Shown: positions 1-10,482 of the stretch, one piece after another
Numbering within the stretch: position 1 is the stretch's first letter
How the letters are laid out: each line of letters begins with the position of its first letter
Assembly (NCBI RefSeq): GCF_001832905.1
Contig: NZ_MKIR01000001.1
Coordinates: 214,855-246,854 of the forward strand
DNA: 32,000 bases
Direction: 5' to 3'
Source of the DNA: Floricoccus tropicus
GTDB taxonomy: Bacteria > Bacillota > Bacilli > Lactobacillales > Streptococcaceae
Notes under the pieces: model-generated
The model's input: the letters and a program-made list of their open reading frames with translations, nothing else
Told to the model about the DNA's origin: nothing
Database searches by the model: none
Position numbers and translations under genes: made by a program

Positions 1-552
1 TACTATCAATAAAAAGACACTTGATATTAGAAATACTTCCCTCATACCAAATAATTGTGCAAGAGTACCACCAAGCGTTGGTCCAATCAAACTTCCAGCT
101 ACTGCACCCGTCGATAAGGTTCCAAGGGCATAACCACTCTTTTCTTTTGGTACCTGACTTGCAATTAGGGCTATGGAGTTTGGAATATAGCCTGAAAATA
201 ATCCATTTAATAGACGCATAGCAAGTAACCACCATACGTTTGGTACAAATGCAAGAGTTGCCATGGTAAAGGTCATAACAAAACTTGCACGGACAAGCAT
301 AACCTTCCTACCTTTTTGGTCAGCAAGTCTCCCCCATACTGGGGCAATAAGACCACTAGCTAAAGGTGAGATACTGACCGCAATACCAGACATTAATTCT
401 AGAGAACCTCTTGGGACTCCTAATTCCTCAATATATAGAGATATAAAAGGCATAACAAGCGAAATACTTGCTGCCGTAAAAAATGACCCTAGCCAGGTCA
501 CATAAAGATTTTTCTTCCAGTATAAACTACTGTCTTCCTCAGAAATTTTCAC
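1..552 (-). CDS. MFS multidrug-efflux-type transporter, N-terminal 184 codons; the gene runs off the left edge
   Basis: Absent from the ORF track because no stop codon lies in the window. Hand translation of the minus strand from GTG at 552 gives MKISEEDSSLYWKKNLYVTWLGSFFTAASISLVMPF...WGRLADQKGRKVMLVRA...LLNGLFSGYIPNSIALIASQVPKEKSGYALGTLSTG. This shows an MFS motif-A-like GRLADxxGRK and a hydrophobic TM pattern. From memory it resembles PmrA-type pumps located after mutM-coaE in streptococci. The start overlaps the last 14 nt of coaE. Confidence 0.8.
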   Translation of the reverse strand, partial: MKISEEDSSLYWKKNLYVTWLGSFFTAASISLVMPFISLYIEELGVPRGSLELMSGIAVSISPLASGLIAPVWGRLADQKGRKVMLVRASFVMTFTMATLAFVPNVWWLLAMRLLNGLFSGYIPNSIALIASQVPKEKSGYALGTLSTGAVAGSLIGPTLGGTLAQLFGMREVFLISSVFLLIV

Positions 553-1156
553 CACTCCCTTTCAAAAGTTTTTTAATTTGTTCTTTTGTATTTTCAATAC
601 TTGCAGAATTATCAATAATTTTATCTGTCAAAAGTTTCTTTTCTTCAATTGACATCTGACTTTCTATTCTACTCCTTGCTTGCTCATCTGACAAGTCATT
701 TCGAGCCATTAATCTCTTTAATTGAATTTCAAAAGGCACATAGACTAACCAAACCTCATCAAAATAAGTAAAATTACCCTCAAAAAGTAAAGGAATATCC
801 ATAAATATTATCCCGTTACCACCATTATTTTTTTGATCAAATGCAACTGCTTGGTTTCTCCTATTCTCCAACTCTTCGTTTATCACTCTGTTTTGAATTT
901 CTGAAAGTTTAGCTAAATTTTCTGGATTTGAGAACACAAAATCAGATAATTTTTGACGGTTTATACTTTTATCATCATTAAAAAAAGCAGGACCAAAATT
1001 TTCTTTTATTGCATTGTAAAGTGATTGTTCTGGTTCTTGCAGCTCATGTACCATCTCGTCAGCATCAATTAGCTGGTAGCCATTTTCCTTTAAAAAATTA
1101 CTTACCGTAGACTTGCCTGTCGCAATACCACCTGTAATTCCGATAACTTTTGTCAT
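539..1156 (-). CDS. coaE: dephospho-CoA kinase
   Basis: 205 aa with N-terminal P-loop IGITGGIATGKST and typical CoaE length. An AGGAG RBS lies upstream. Position directly downstream of mutM is the usual synteny. Confidence 0.93.
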   Translation of the reverse strand: MTKVIGITGGIATGKSTVSNFLKENGYQLIDADEMVHELQEPEQSLYNAIKENFGPAFFNDDKSINRQKLSDFVFSNPENLAKLSEIQNRVINEELENRRNQAVAFDQKNNGGNGIIFMDIPLLFEGNFTYFDEVWLVYVPFEIQLKRLMARNDLSDEQARSRIESQMSIEEKKLLTDKIIDNSASIENTKEQIKKLLKGSGENF

Positions 1157-1165
1157 AATAAGCTC

Positions 1166-1996
1166 CTATTTAGCTCTTTTAGGCTGGCAATTTGGACAAA
1201 AATGGGTACCACGACCTGACACCTTCATCTTTTCAATAGTAGTTCCACATCTTGGACAAGGTGTTCCCTGTTTTCCATAAACTTTTAAGTGATTTTGGAA
1301 TTTGCCTTCTTCACCTAAAGCATTTTTATAGGTCCTAATACTACTTCCACCAAGTTCAACTGATTGCTGTAAAACCCCAATAATTGCATCATGTAATTTT
1401 TCGATATTCGCTTTAGGAATAATATTAGCAGGATCAGCTGGATAAATTTTTGCTCGCCATAATACCTCATCAACATAGATATTTCCCAAGCCAGCAACAA
1501 GAGACTGATCTAAAAGATAGGGTTTAATTATTTTTTTTGATTTATGCAGTGACTTATAAAATCCCTTACTATCAAAATCTTCAAAAGTAGGTTCAGGTCC
1601 TATTTTTTTCCTAGAAAAATAATCTTCTAATTCTGACTCCTTCATGAGCTCCATAGTTCCAAACTTTCTTACATCTTGGTAAACGAGTGTAGAACCATCT
1701 TCAAAGTTGAAGAATATGTGGTAATGCTTGTTCTCTGGAATTTCATCTTGATAGAGATTGTATTTACCTTCCATGCGTAAATGGCTTACAAATACATCCT
1801 CATCTAATTTAAAAATTAAATATTTTCCACGTCGTTCTACTGAATTAATAGTCTGATTTTTCAAGGCTTTTTCAAACTCTTCAGCTCCAGTTAGAATCAT
1901 ACGAGGATATCTCGCTTCAATCGAGGAAATCTTTTTACCCTTAACGAGATTTGTAAGACCACGCCTTACATTTTCAACTTCTGGTAATTCAGGCAT
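1166..1996 (-). CDS. mutM: formamidopyrimidine-DNA glycosylase (Fpg/MutM)
   Basis: MPELPEVE N-terminus (catalytic Pro2) and a C-terminal zinc finger CPRCGTTIEKMKVSGRGTHFCPNCQ. The start was moved from the track's 2050 to ATG 1996 because Fpg must begin Met-Pro. Confidence 0.95.
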   Translation of the reverse strand: MPELPEVENVRRGLTNLVKGKKISSIEARYPRMILTGAEEFEKALKNQTINSVERRGKYLIFKLDEDVFVSHLRMEGKYNLYQDEIPENKHYHIFFNFEDGSTLVYQDVRKFGTMELMKESELEDYFSRKKIGPEPTFEDFDSKGFYKSLHKSKKIIKPYLLDQSLVAGLGNIYVDEVLWRAKIYPADPANIIPKANIEKLHDAIIGVLQQSVELGGSSIRTYKNALGEEGKFQNHLKVYGKQGTPCPRCGTTIEKMKVSGRGTHFCPNCQPKRAK

Positions 1997-2050
1997 TATA
2001 TATCTTCTTTCTTTATTTTTCTTTGATATTATATGTTCTAATTTTAACAT

Positions 2051-2082
2051 AAAATAAAAGCATAAAGTATATTCATGCTTTT
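2051..2082 (-). terminator. rho-independent terminator after the DinB-family gene
   Basis: Perfect 8-bp stem AAAAGCAT (2056-2063) / ATGCTTTT (2075-2082) with an 11-nt loop and a U-rich tail on the minus strand. Confidence 0.55.
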
Positions 2083-2096
2083 ACTTATAATAAAAA

Positions 2097-2621
2097 TTAA
2101 TCGTCTAATCCCAATAATCTTCTTGAATAAATAACTTGTCCAGAGTGCATTGCTAAATCATCAATAACTGAAACTAATCTTGCTCCTCTTGAAACAGGTG
2201 GATTCCAATTTTTATCCACTATATCATCAAGCTCATTTTCATTTATTGTTTTTAAATATTCTTTAGTTAGATTTGCTGCATCTTCTAAATATCCTCTTAG
2301 TAAATCAACATCTGATACTTTAACTTTTGCTGCTTGCTCAGGTGTATGATGCCAATCTTCAGTATCATCAGGAAGATCTAAATTAAATTTTTCCTTCCAT
2401 CCATTTACTAGCCATAATGGATTTGTACCTTTTAATTCAGAAATTTGATAGTCCATTTCTCTTGCAGTATGCCAAGAAAGCCATGCAACTGATTTAATAC
2501 TAGGTGCGATATTTTTAGCTGGAAAGTCATTTACTTGTTCAACAGTTAAACCTTCTAATACACTCAAAAATCTTTCATGTCCTCTTTCTACAGCTTCAAC
2601 GATCATATCTAAATATTCCAT
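2097..2621 (-). CDS. DinB-family (DinB_2/YfiT-like) putative metal-dependent protein
   Basis: 174 aa with a helical-bundle-like sequence. Spaced His residues (ERGHERF, WLSWHTARE, LAMHSGQV) are typical of the DinB superfamily metal triad. It has its own terminator and flanking intergenic spacers. Confidence 0.75.
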   Translation of the reverse strand: MEYLDMIVEAVERGHERFLSVLEGLTVEQVNDFPAKNIAPSIKSVAWLSWHTAREMDYQISELKGTNPLWLVNGWKEKFNLDLPDDTEDWHHTPEQAAKVKVSDVDLLRGYLEDAANLTKEYLKTINENELDDIVDKNWNPPVSRGARLVSVIDDLAMHSGQVIYSRRLLGLDD

Positions 2622-2690
2622 AAGTCCCTCTTTTCTAATTATATTCTATCAAATTTAAAACCAAAGATATAATAATTAATATTCTTATTA

Positions 2691-2719
2691 AAAAGAAAAA
2701 TGACTTCAAATAGAAGCCA
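2691..2719 (-). terminator. probable terminator after era
   Basis: The minus-strand RNA folds as UGGCUUC-UAUUU-GAAGUCA (7 bp including one G-U) followed by UUUUUCUUUUU. Confidence 0.45.
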
Positions 2720-2727
2720 CTTAATCA

Positions 2728-3627
2728 TTAATAATCATCTTTACGGTAGCCAAAGTCTTGAAGGTCAAAACGTTTATCACGCCAGTCTTTCTTAACTTTA
2801 ACCCATAGTTCTAGGTAAACTTTTTCACCCAACATTGCTTCGATATCTTTACGGGCAAGAGTTCCAATCTTTTTAAGCATTGATCCACCTTTACCGATAA
2901 TGATACCTTTTTGACTTGCACGTTCTACAACGATAGTCGCCATAATATGCATTTTACCAGTGTCTTCATCGCGCTTCATTGAGTCTGTAACAACTGCTAC
3001 TGAATGTGGTACTTCTTCACGAGTGAGTTGAAGCACTTTTTCACGAATCATTTCACTAACTAAGAAGCGTTCTGGGTGATCTGTTATTACATCTTCAGGG
3101 AAATACTGTGGTCCTTCATCTATATGTTCAACTAAAGTATCAACTAAATGGCTAGTATTATTTCCTTGAAGGGCAGAAATTGGTACAACTTCTTCAAAAT
3201 CCATTTGTGAAGAGTAGTCTTCAATGACTGCTAATAAATCATCTGGACGAACTTTATCAATTTTATTGATTACTAGAAAAACTGGAACGCTTGCATTCTT
3301 AAGTCTTTCAATAATCATATCATCACCTTTACCACGCGCTTCATCGGCTGCGACCATAAAGATAATTGCATCCACTTCACGAATTGCACTATAGGCTGCT
3401 TCAACCATATAATCTCCAAGAGCAGTTTTAGGTTTATGGATACCTGGTGTATCGACAAATACAATTTGTTCATTCTCAGTTGTATATACACCTTGAATTT
3501 TATTTCTTGTTGTTTGAGCTTTATCACTCATGATAGCAATTTTTTGTCCCATAACATGATTAAGGAAAGTTGATTTCCCTACATTTGGACGACCGACAAT
3601 TGCCACAAAGCCTGATTTAAATGACAT
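2728..3627 (-). CDS. era: GTPase Era
   Basis: 299 aa with G1 [10 protein letters not shown]3 DTPG, G4 NKID and a C-terminal KH domain ([14 protein letters not shown]). Confidence 0.97.
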   Translation of the reverse strand: MSFKSGFVAIVGRPNVGKSTFLNHVMGQKIAIMSDKAQTTRNKIQGVYTTENEQIVFVDTPGIHKPKTALGDYMVEAAYSAIREVDAIIFMVAADEARGKGDDMIIERLKNASVPVFLVINKIDKVRPDDLLAVIEDYSSQMDFEEVVPISALQGNNTSHLVDTLVEHIDEGPQYFPEDVITDHPERFLVSEMIREKVLQLTREEVPHSVAVVTDSMKRDEDTGKMHIMATIVVERASQKGIIIGKGGSMLKKIGTLARKDIEAMLGEKVYLELWVKVKKDWRDKRFDLQDFGYRKDDY

Positions 3628-3663
3628 ATTTCTTCCTTCTATTTTTATTATATTTACTAATAT

Positions 3664-4065
3664 CTAAAATAATTTCATCAACAGTTCAAATATTTTGGGT
3701 AGGAAAACAAATAATCCTACAATTACTGCGAAGCCAGATAAAACTAATACTGCACCTGCAGCCATATCTTTTGATTTTTTAGCAAGGAGATGAAAATGAT
3801 AATCACTTGCTAAATCAACTACATTTTCAATTGCTGAATTTATTAACTCAGCAGCAATTACCAAAAAAACACTCAGCAATATGAAAAGCCAATCAAATTT
3901 TGATATTCTAAAAATTAAGCCAGCAAATATAACTGCGACAGTAGATAAAAGATGGGTCCGCAAATTTCTCTCTTCTTTAAAAGCTGTTACGATACCAGAT
4001 AAAGCAAACTCTAAAGAATTGATGAAAGTTATATTTTTCCAGCGCCTATTATCTCTTGAGGCCAT
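3664..4065 (-). CDS. dgkA: diacylglycerol kinase family membrane protein (DgkA / undecaprenol kinase type)
   Basis: 133 aa with 3 predicted TM helices and a conserved EERN..R / NSAIE pattern. It sits in the ybeY-dgkA-era arrangement and overlaps the ybeY stop by 17 nt. Confidence 0.85.
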   Translation of the reverse strand: MASRDNRRWKNITFINSLEFALSGIVTAFKEERNLRTHLLSTVAVIFAGLIFRISKFDWLFILLSVFLVIAAELINSAIENVVDLASDYHFHLLAKKSKDMAAGAVLVLSGFAVIVGLFVFLPKIFELLMKLF

Positions 4066-4549
4066 AAGCCGTTAATATTTCTTCCTGAAGACCAAACATT
4101 TCTTTTTCTTCTTCAGGAGTATAGTGGTCGTAACCATTTATATGCAAGAAGCCATGAACCGCTAGAAAGCCCATCTCACGTTCAAAACTATGTCCATATT
4201 CTTCTGCTTGCTCATGAGCCTTATCAACTGATATATAAAGCTCTCCAATATATGAATCGAATTCATTCATTAATTCCGAAGCATCAAACCCTTCAAAATC
4301 AATATCTTCATCAAAAGATATTTCTTCTGGTTTATACTCTAAACTTACAACATCTGTTGGTGCATCTTTATCTCTATAGTATAGATTAATTTCTTGAATT
4401 TTTTCATTATCAACAAAAGTAATCATCATTTCTTTTTCACTAGATAAGTTTAATTTCTGAGCAGCTGTTCCCAGTAATTTCACAATATCTTCTTGCATGT
4501 CTTTTGAAACCTGACCAGTTTCATCGTGCATTTCTACATACATTTTCAT
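4049..4549 (-). CDS. ybeY: rRNA maturation endoribonuclease YbeY
   Basis: 166 aa with the zinc motif [11 protein letters not shown]. It lies between phoH and dgkA as in many Firmicutes. Confidence 0.93.
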   Translation of the reverse strand: MKMYVEMHDETGQVSKDMQEDIVKLLGTAAQKLNLSSEKEMMITFVDNEKIQEINLYYRDKDAPTDVVSLEYKPEEISFDEDIDFEGFDASELMNEFDSYIGELYISVDKAHEQAEEYGHSFEREMGFLAVHGFLHINGYDHYTPEEEKEMFGLQEEILTAYGLKR

Positions 4550-4623
4550 TTTCTCACTATCTCATCTAATTTCATTTTATATCTTATCAGAGTTTAGTTA
4601 ATTAAATCTCGTTAAATATAAGA

Positions 4624-5583
4624 TTATTCTTCACGTGGTTCTTCATATGCCTCAATAATTCTTGCAACTACTGGATGACGTACAACATCTTTAGCTGTAA
4701 AATAAACAAAATCAATTGCTTTGATATTTTTCAACTTATGTTCAGCATCTATTAAACCACTCTTAGCGTTACGCGGAAGATCAATTTGACTGACATCCCC
4801 ATTAACAATCATCTTAGAGTTAAATCCAAGACGCGTTAAGAACATTTTCATCTGCATAACAGTAGTATTTTGTGCTTCATCTAAAATGACAAAGGCATCA
4901 TCAAGTGTACGCCCTCTCATATATGCAAGAGGTGCAATTTCAATTGTTCCACGATCCATCATGCGAGTAGTTGTCTCCTTACCTAAAACTTGGTATAAAG
5001 CATCATATACTGGACGCAAATATGGATCAACTTTTTCCTGCAAATCACCAGGGAGAAAACCTAAATTTTCTCCTGCTTCTACTGCAGGACGAGTTAAAAT
5101 GATTCTCTTTACATGACCACGCTTTAAAGCTTGTACTGCTAAAACCACTGCAAGAAATGTTTTACCAGTTCCTGCTGGACCAATACCAAATGTTATATCA
5201 TGATTTTTAACTGCCTCAACATAGATTTTTTGCCCAATATTTTTAACACGAATAGCTTTCCCTTGTGAATCACGAATAATTTCCTCTTCATATAAAGAAA
5301 CAAAATTATTAATTTCACCATTTTTTGCCATGGTGTAGGCAGTAATGATATCAGGTGTATGAACTTGCATACCACGTCTTACTAAAACAAGTAAAGCATC
5401 AATTGCAAGTCGAACATTCTCAACATCTTGAGCTTGTCCAATAATTTGAATTTTTTCACTGCGATAATGTATCTTCACACTTGCAGCATCTTCAAGATAT
5501 TTAAGATGTTTATCATGTGCACCTGATAAAACTTCTCCTTCATCAGGATGATTTAGGATGATTTCATAAGAAACTTCTTCCAA
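4624..5583 (-). CDS. phoH: PhoH-family ATPase (YbeZ-like)
   Basis: 319 aa with Walker A GPAGTGKT and Walker B FVILDEAQN. The start codon at 5583 is TTG, preceded by GAGGTG at 6-nt spacing, and no in-frame ATG lies nearby. Confidence 0.92.
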   Translation of the reverse strand: MEEVSYEIILNHPDEGEVLSGAHDKHLKYLEDAASVKIHYRSEKIQIIGQAQDVENVRLAIDALLVLVRRGMQVHTPDIITAYTMAKNGEINNFVSLYEEEIIRDSQGKAIRVKNIGQKIYVEAVKNHDITFGIGPAGTGKTFLAVVLAVQALKRGHVKRIILTRPAVEAGENLGFLPGDLQEKVDPYLRPVYDALYQVLGKETTTRMMDRGTIEIAPLAYMRGRTLDDAFVILDEAQNTTVMQMKMFLTRLGFNSKMIVNGDVSQIDLPRNAKSGLIDAEHKLKNIKAIDFVYFTAKDVVRHPVVARIIEAYEEPREE

Positions 5584-5608
5584 ATTTTCACCTCTAATAT
5601 TTATTATA

Positions 5609-5782
5609 TTAATTATTTTTTTCTTGATTTTTTTCTTTTGCTAATTTCTCTCGTTCAATACGAAATTTTCTGTTGGGATTGTATTTATTGAAAAGTTCTT
5701 CAATTTTTTCTTTTGTCCAAGCATCACTACTTGCTACAAAATTCCCGTCCTTATCTCTATTTGAAATAATTTTAAAACCCAT
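5609..5782 (-). CDS. small hypothetical protein, 57 aa, not in the ORF track
   Basis: Hand translation gives MGFKIISNRDKDGNFVASSDAWTKEKIEELFNKYNPNRKFRIEREKLAKEKNQEKNN. ATG at 5782 is preceded by AAAGAGG 5 nt upstream. The ORF fills the obg-phoH gap on the same strand as both neighbours. The antisense track ORF 5673-5909 is its shadow. Confidence 0.6.
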   Translation of the reverse strand: MGFKIISNRDKDGNFVASSDAWTKEKIEELFNKYNPNRKFRIEREKLAKEKNQEKNN

Positions 5783-5806
5783 ATTAACCTCTTTAAAATA
5801 CTCTTA

Positions 5807-7126
5807 TCAATCAACAAATTCGAATACAAAATTACCAATTCGAACTATATCACCGTCACGAGCTCCTCTTTCTCGTAGAGCCTCATCGACTCCCAAACCA
5901 CGTAATTGACGTGCGAACTTCATAGCTGATTCATCATGATCAAGATTTGTCATATTGAATAATTTTTCAAGTTTTTCACCTGATAAAATCCATGAAGCGT
6001 CATCATCACGTGCAATTTCAAATCCTGGTCCTTCTTCATTGAAGCCATAGTATGCTTCTTCAGCTTCTTGAAGAAATTCTTCTTCATCATATACAGGAAA
6101 TTCTGGTGTTGTTTCTAATAATTCTGCTGTGGCTTCAAGCATTGGTTGTAAACCTTGACGTGTAATACCACTAACAGGGAAAATTAAAGGTTTATCTTCA
6201 AATTCCTCGTAATTTGCATAAAGTTTTTCCTTAAATTCTTTAAGATTTTCTTCAGAATCAGGCATATCCATTTTGTTTGCCACAATAATTTGTGGACGTT
6301 CTAGAAGTCTTAAGTTATAAGTTTCTAATTCATCGTTAATTGCTTTGTAGTCTTCATATGGATCACGTCCTTCCATACCGCTCATATCAATCACATGTAA
6401 AAGAACACGTGTTCTTTCAATATGGCGGAGGAATTGTGTACCCAATCCAACACCTTGGCTAGCTCCTTCAATAAGTCCAGGCATATCTGCTACTACGAAA
6501 CTTTCTCCATCCCCTACACGGACCATTCCGATATTTGGTACGAGAGTTGTAAAGTGGTAAGCACCAATTTTTGGTCTAGCATTTGAAATAACACTTAATA
6601 GTGTTGATTTTCCAACTGATGGGAATCCTACTAAACCAACATCAGCTAAGACACGAAGTTCTAATAAAAGACTTCTATCTTGACCTGGTTCACCATTTTC
6701 TGCAATTTCTGGTGCAGGATTTCTAGGTGTCGCAAAACGAATATTACCTCGTCCACCACGTCCACCTTTAGCCGCTACATACTCTTGACCGTTCGTAAGC
6801 AAATCAGCAAGTATTTTTCCTGTATCAGGATCTTTTACAGTTGTACCTTGAGGAACTGAAACGATTAAATCAGCCGATCCACGTCCGTGCATCCCCTTAT
6901 TCATTCCATTTTCACCTGGTTTTGCTTTAAAATTACGGTTATAGCGAAAATCCATAAGGGTTCTTAAGCCTTCATCAACTTTGAAGATGACATTACCACC
7001 TTTTCCACCATCACCACCGGCAGGACCACCATCTGGAACATATTTTTCACGACGGAAGGCAACCATTCCGTTACCACCATTTCCGCCTTTAACATCTACT
7101 TTTGCTGTATCTAAAAACATTGACAT
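5807..7126 (-). CDS. obg: GTPase Obg/CgtA
   Basis: 439 aa with a glycine-rich Obg fold ([15 protein letters not shown]), G domain GFPSVGKST / DMPG / NKMD, and a C-terminal OCT-type domain. Confidence 0.97.
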   Translation of the reverse strand: MSMFLDTAKVDVKGGNGGNGMVAFRREKYVPDGGPAGGDGGKGGNVIFKVDEGLRTLMDFRYNRNFKAKPGENGMNKGMHGRGSADLIVSVPQGTTVKDPDTGKILADLLTNGQEYVAAKGGRGGRGNIRFATPRNPAPEIAENGEPGQDRSLLLELRVLADVGLVGFPSVGKSTLLSVISNARPKIGAYHFTTLVPNIGMVRVGDGESFVVADMPGLIEGASQGVGLGTQFLRHIERTRVLLHVIDMSGMEGRDPYEDYKAINDELETYNLRLLERPQIIVANKMDMPDSEENLKEFKEKLYANYEEFEDKPLIFPVSGITRQGLQPMLEATAELLETTPEFPVYDEEEFLQEAEEAYYGFNEEGPGFEIARDDDASWILSGEKLEKLFNMTNLDHDESAMKFARQLRGLGVDEALRERGARDGDIVRIGNFVFEFVD

Positions 7127-7226
7127 GTATATTTTTCCTCTAAATCTTATAGTTAACTAATTATAACATAAAAGCTGAAACTTCTCATCTCTTGGGATAT
7201 AATGACTTTTTATTTATTGTGAAATT

Positions 7227-7257
7227 AAAAACTTTCCGCTTAATACAGAAAGTTTTT
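7227..7257 (-). terminator. rho-independent terminator after glmM
   Basis: Perfect 10-bp stem AAAAACTTTC (7227-7236) / GAAAGTTTTT (7248-7257) with an 11-nt loop. A/T runs on both sides suggest it could act bidirectionally. Confidence 0.7.
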
Positions 7258-7272
7258 AAATATATTTATTAC

Positions 7273-8625
7273 TTAAATTCCAATTTCGTTTTTAACAACT
7301 TCTACAATTGTATCAACATAATAATCTACTTCTTCATCAGTTGGTGCTTCTGCCATTACACGAAGTAATGGTTCTGTACCACTTGGACGTACGAGAATAC
7401 GCCCATTACCAGCCATTTTTTCTTCCATCTGGCCGATAATTTCAGCAATTGCAGGAACATCCATTGCCTTTGATTTCATTGAGTTTTCAACTCGAACATT
7501 AACAAGTTTTTGCGGGTAAATCTTAACTTCTCCAGCAAGTTCGCTAAGTGTTTTTCCAGATTCACGCATTACCTTCATTAATTGAATTGCAGAAAGCATA
7601 CCATCACCAGTTGTATTATAATCTAAGAAGATCATGTGACCGCTTTGCTCTCCACCAAAATTATAATTATTTTTCTTCATTTCCTCAACAACATAACGAT
7701 CGCCTACTGCAGTGATAACACTTGTAATTTCTTTACTATCTAATGCTTTATGGAAACCAAGATTACTCATAACAGTAGTCACAACTGTATTTTGAGCAAG
7801 TTTTCCTGACTCAGATAAATACTTACCAACAATATACATAATTCTATCACCATCAACAATTTGACCATTTTCGTCAACGGCAATTAATCGATCTCCATCA
7901 CCATCAAAAGCAAGACCGAGATCTGAATTGTTTTTAAGCACTTCTTTTGCTAAATTTTCTGGATGAGTTGAACCAACTCCATCATTAATATTTAAACCAT
8001 CCGGTGTTTCGCCAATAACATCGAAATCTGTGCCTAAATCTGAAAATACATCACGTACACTTGTACTTGTTGCACCATTAGCTGCATCAAGAGTTACATT
8101 ATAATCTTCGAATAATCCATCAGCAGTTGATACAAGAAATTCATTGTACTTACGAACAGCTTCAGTGTAATCATGAGCTTTCCCTAATCCTTTTGCAGAA
8201 GGACGAGGTAGTTTATCTTCTTCCGCATCGAGCAAAGCTTCAATTTCAAGTTCTTGATCATCTTCAAGTTTAAACCCATCACCACCAAAGAATTTAATAC
8301 CATTATCTAATGCCGGGTTATGACTTGCTGAAATCATTACACCAGCACTTGCACCTTCTTTTTTAACAAGGTAGGCAACACCTGGAGTTGCAATTACTCC
8401 AAGTGTATATACTTCAATACCAACACTTAAAAGCCCTGCAACTAAAGCACTTTCTAACATTTGCCCAGAAATTCTTGTATCTCGAGCAACATATACCTTC
8501 GGAGTTCCAGTCTCATGTTGACTCAATACATAACCACCAAATCTTCCAAGTCTAAAGGCCAATTCTGGTGTTAATTCAACATTTGCCTCTCCACGAACTC
8601 CATCTGTTCCAAAATATTTTCCCAT
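7273..8625 (-). CDS. glmM: phosphoglucosamine mutase
   Basis: 450 aa starting [12 protein letters not shown], with phosphoserine loop [11 protein letters not shown] and metal site DGDGDR. It is the third gene of the cdaA-cdaR-glmM operon. Confidence 0.97.
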   Translation of the reverse strand: MGKYFGTDGVRGEANVELTPELAFRLGRFGGYVLSQHETGTPKVYVARDTRISGQMLESALVAGLLSVGIEVYTLGVIATPGVAYLVKKEGASAGVMISASHNPALDNGIKFFGGDGFKLEDDQELEIEALLDAEEDKLPRPSAKGLGKAHDYTEAVRKYNEFLVSTADGLFEDYNVTLDAANGATSTSVRDVFSDLGTDFDVIGETPDGLNINDGVGSTHPENLAKEVLKNNSDLGLAFDGDGDRLIAVDENGQIVDGDRIMYIVGKYLSESGKLAQNTVVTTVMSNLGFHKALDSKEITSVITAVGDRYVVEEMKKNNYNFGGEQSGHMIFLDYNTTGDGMLSAIQLMKVMRESGKTLSELAGEVKIYPQKLVNVRVENSMKSKAMDVPAIAEIIGQMEEKMAGNGRILVRPSGTEPLLRVMAEAPTDEEVDYYVDTIVEVVKNEIGI

Positions 8626-8656
8626 ACTAAACCTCTTCTAATTTATACTTCTCTTC

Positions 8657-9619
8657 TTATTTTTTTATCGGTGTAACTTTAACTTTTACAACTGATGGTT
8701 CTATTAATACATCGTCCGCTGAAACTGGCACTTCAATTGTCTTCTCTTTTGTAACCTCAGTTACATCAATAGGGAGAGAAATTTGTGAAATACCATTTAA
8801 AACTGTAGGATCACCAGATATTGTAACATTTTTGGTTTCAATATCAAAATTAAAGCCAGAAAACTTACTATCAATATCACCAGTTATTTTACCAACTACC
8901 GGTACCTCTTTTTCAGGTTTTTTAATTTTTATATCAATATTTACTGATTCAGGTTTAATTGCTGCAGGCAATATTTTACCAGCTTTATCAACTGCCTGTA
9001 ATGTGACTTTACCTTTATAATTATCATCTAAAATAATATCACTCGGAACCGAAGCTTGAATGTGGTCAATTTTAGAAATTATATCAGCTCCAGATACAAT
9101 AGTTGCCTTGTCTTTGTCTGTCGAAACACTAGATAATTTATAACCATCTGGTATTAACTTCTCATCAACTCTGGTAGTAATAGGAAATGTTTTAGATGAT
9201 TTCTTTTCAATTGTAATTGTAATTGAGCTTGGATCAACTTGACCATTAACTCCTGATGCTAGTTCTTGAATACGAACTGGAACATCCATAGTTCCTTCTT
9301 TAGCATTACTTAAATCTGCTATAAGTGTGAAACTTCTTGTGTCTTTTGATTTTTCAGCATCTAATCTTACTTGATTATAACTTGATAGGTAAACAGTTGC
9401 TAAGTTATCAAATCCACTAATAAAATACTTATCTGAATCATATTTCACCTGTATAGGAATATCTTGAAGAGTGACACTATATGTCTGCATATTTTGAGTA
9501 CTTTTTCCGCTATTTTTTAACTGGATAGAGTTAGCATTGAAGAATAAGATCAATGCAAAAAGTAAGGAAACTAAAATATAGAATGACTTACTATAAGAAA
9601 AATTTTTTATTTGTCTCAT
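8657..9619 (-). CDS. cdaR: YbbR-domain protein, CdaA regulator CdaR
   Basis: 320 aa with an N-terminal TM anchor followed by repeated beta-rich YbbR-like segments. Its ATGA start overlaps the cdaA stop. Confidence 0.85.
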   Translation of the reverse strand: MRQIKNFSYSKSFYILVSLLFALILFFNANSIQLKNSGKSTQNMQTYSVTLQDIPIQVKYDSDKYFISGFDNLATVYLSSYNQVRLDAEKSKDTRSFTLIADLSNAKEGTMDVPVRIQELASGVNGQVDPSSITITIEKKSSKTFPITTRVDEKLIPDGYKLSSVSTDKDKATIVSGADIISKIDHIQASVPSDIILDDNYKGKVTLQAVDKAGKILPAAIKPESVNIDIKIKKPEKEVPVVGKITGDIDSKFSGFNFDIETKNVTISGDPTVLNGISQISLPIDVTEVTKEKTIEVPVSADDVLIEPSVVKVKVTPIKK

Positions 9620-10482
9620 TTTTTAAACCATCCCTTCTTAATTTTCACTAAGAAACTATCTTTATCCTCTTTTTTTTCACCAAGCTCTAAAGTTAAAACT
9701 TCATGGAGTTTTTCTTTCGATACCTCTGAATAGAATTCTCCATTCTTTGTGATACTTATACCACCTGTTTCTTCAGAAACAACTAATGTTAAGGCGTCAG
9801 TAGCTTCACTCATACCAATTGCTGCTCTGTGTCGTGTTCCAAATGCCTTTGGAATACTTGATTTATCTGTTAAAGGTAAATAAGCGCATGCAGAAATAAT
9901 TTTATTTCCCTCAACAATTACTGCTCCATCATGAAGAGGTGTATTTGGAATAAATATATTTATTAATAATTCAGAAGAAATATCTGAATTTAACGGGATT
10001 CCTGTATTAGAAAACTCTTCTAGGCTTTGAGTTTTAGCAATTGAAATTAAAGCACCAATTTTTCTCTTTGCCATATAGTCAAGTGCTTTTTCATATGCTT
10101 GAACATAGTCTTTGGAATCAACTATCTTAGCAGCAGGTCGCAAAATATTTGTGGTCCTTCCAAGTTGTTCTAAGGCTCTCCTAATCTCAGGCTGAAAGAT
10201 AATAACACCCGCTATCACACCATAAGTAATAACTTGATTTAGAAGCCAGGTTACTGTTGTAAGTCCTAGTATTTCACTTATTATTCTAATTAAAACAAAA
10301 AGTAAAACACCCCTGACAAGAGTAACAACTTTACTGCCTTGAACATAACGCATAATTCGGTAAATAAAGTAGGTTACTACCGCAATATCAACAATTGAAA
10401 TAAACAATCGCCATGGCGTAAGATTGAGTTGAATTATTTCGCTCCAGAATTGCGGATTAAATATTTGATTAATGTCACTCAT
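9616..10482 (-). CDS. cdaA: diadenylate cyclase CdaA (c-di-AMP synthase)
   Basis: 288 aa with 3 N-terminal TM helices and DAC-domain motifs HDGAVIV and GTRHRAAIG. Confidence 0.93.
   Translation of the reverse strand: MSDINQIFNPQFWSEIIQLNLTPWRLFISIVDIAVVTYFIYRIMRYVQGSKVVTLVRGVLLFVLIRIISEILGLTTVTWLLNQVITYGVIAGVIIFQPEIRRALEQLGRTTNILRPAAKIVDSKDYVQAYEKALDYMAKRKIGALISIAKTQSLEEFSNTGIPLNSDISSELLINIFIPNTPLHDGAVIVEGNKIISACAYLPLTDKSSIPKAFGTRHRAAIGMSEATDALTLVVSEETGGISITKNGEFYSEVSKEKLHEVLTLELGEKKEDKDSFLVKIKKGWFKK

Noticed and set aside
21-505. Two plus-strand track ORFs (21-221 and 263-505)
   Set aside because: They lie antisense to an uninterrupted 184-codon minus-strand frame that encodes a clear MFS transporter N-terminus. 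They have no RBS and a low-complexity, non-protein-like sequence.
1997-2050. N-terminal extensions of track ORFs: mutM 1997-2050, nifJ 14212-14280, pta 15479-15526, udk 16845-16850, ecfT 20057-20128, oxidoreductase 22779-22793, helicase 23752-23781 and pepF 29428-29433
   Set aside because: Downstream ATGs have properly spaced Shine-Dalgarno sequences and give the conserved family N-termini (for example Met-Pro-Glu-Leu-Pro for Fpg). The extensions overlap RBSs or upstream genes.
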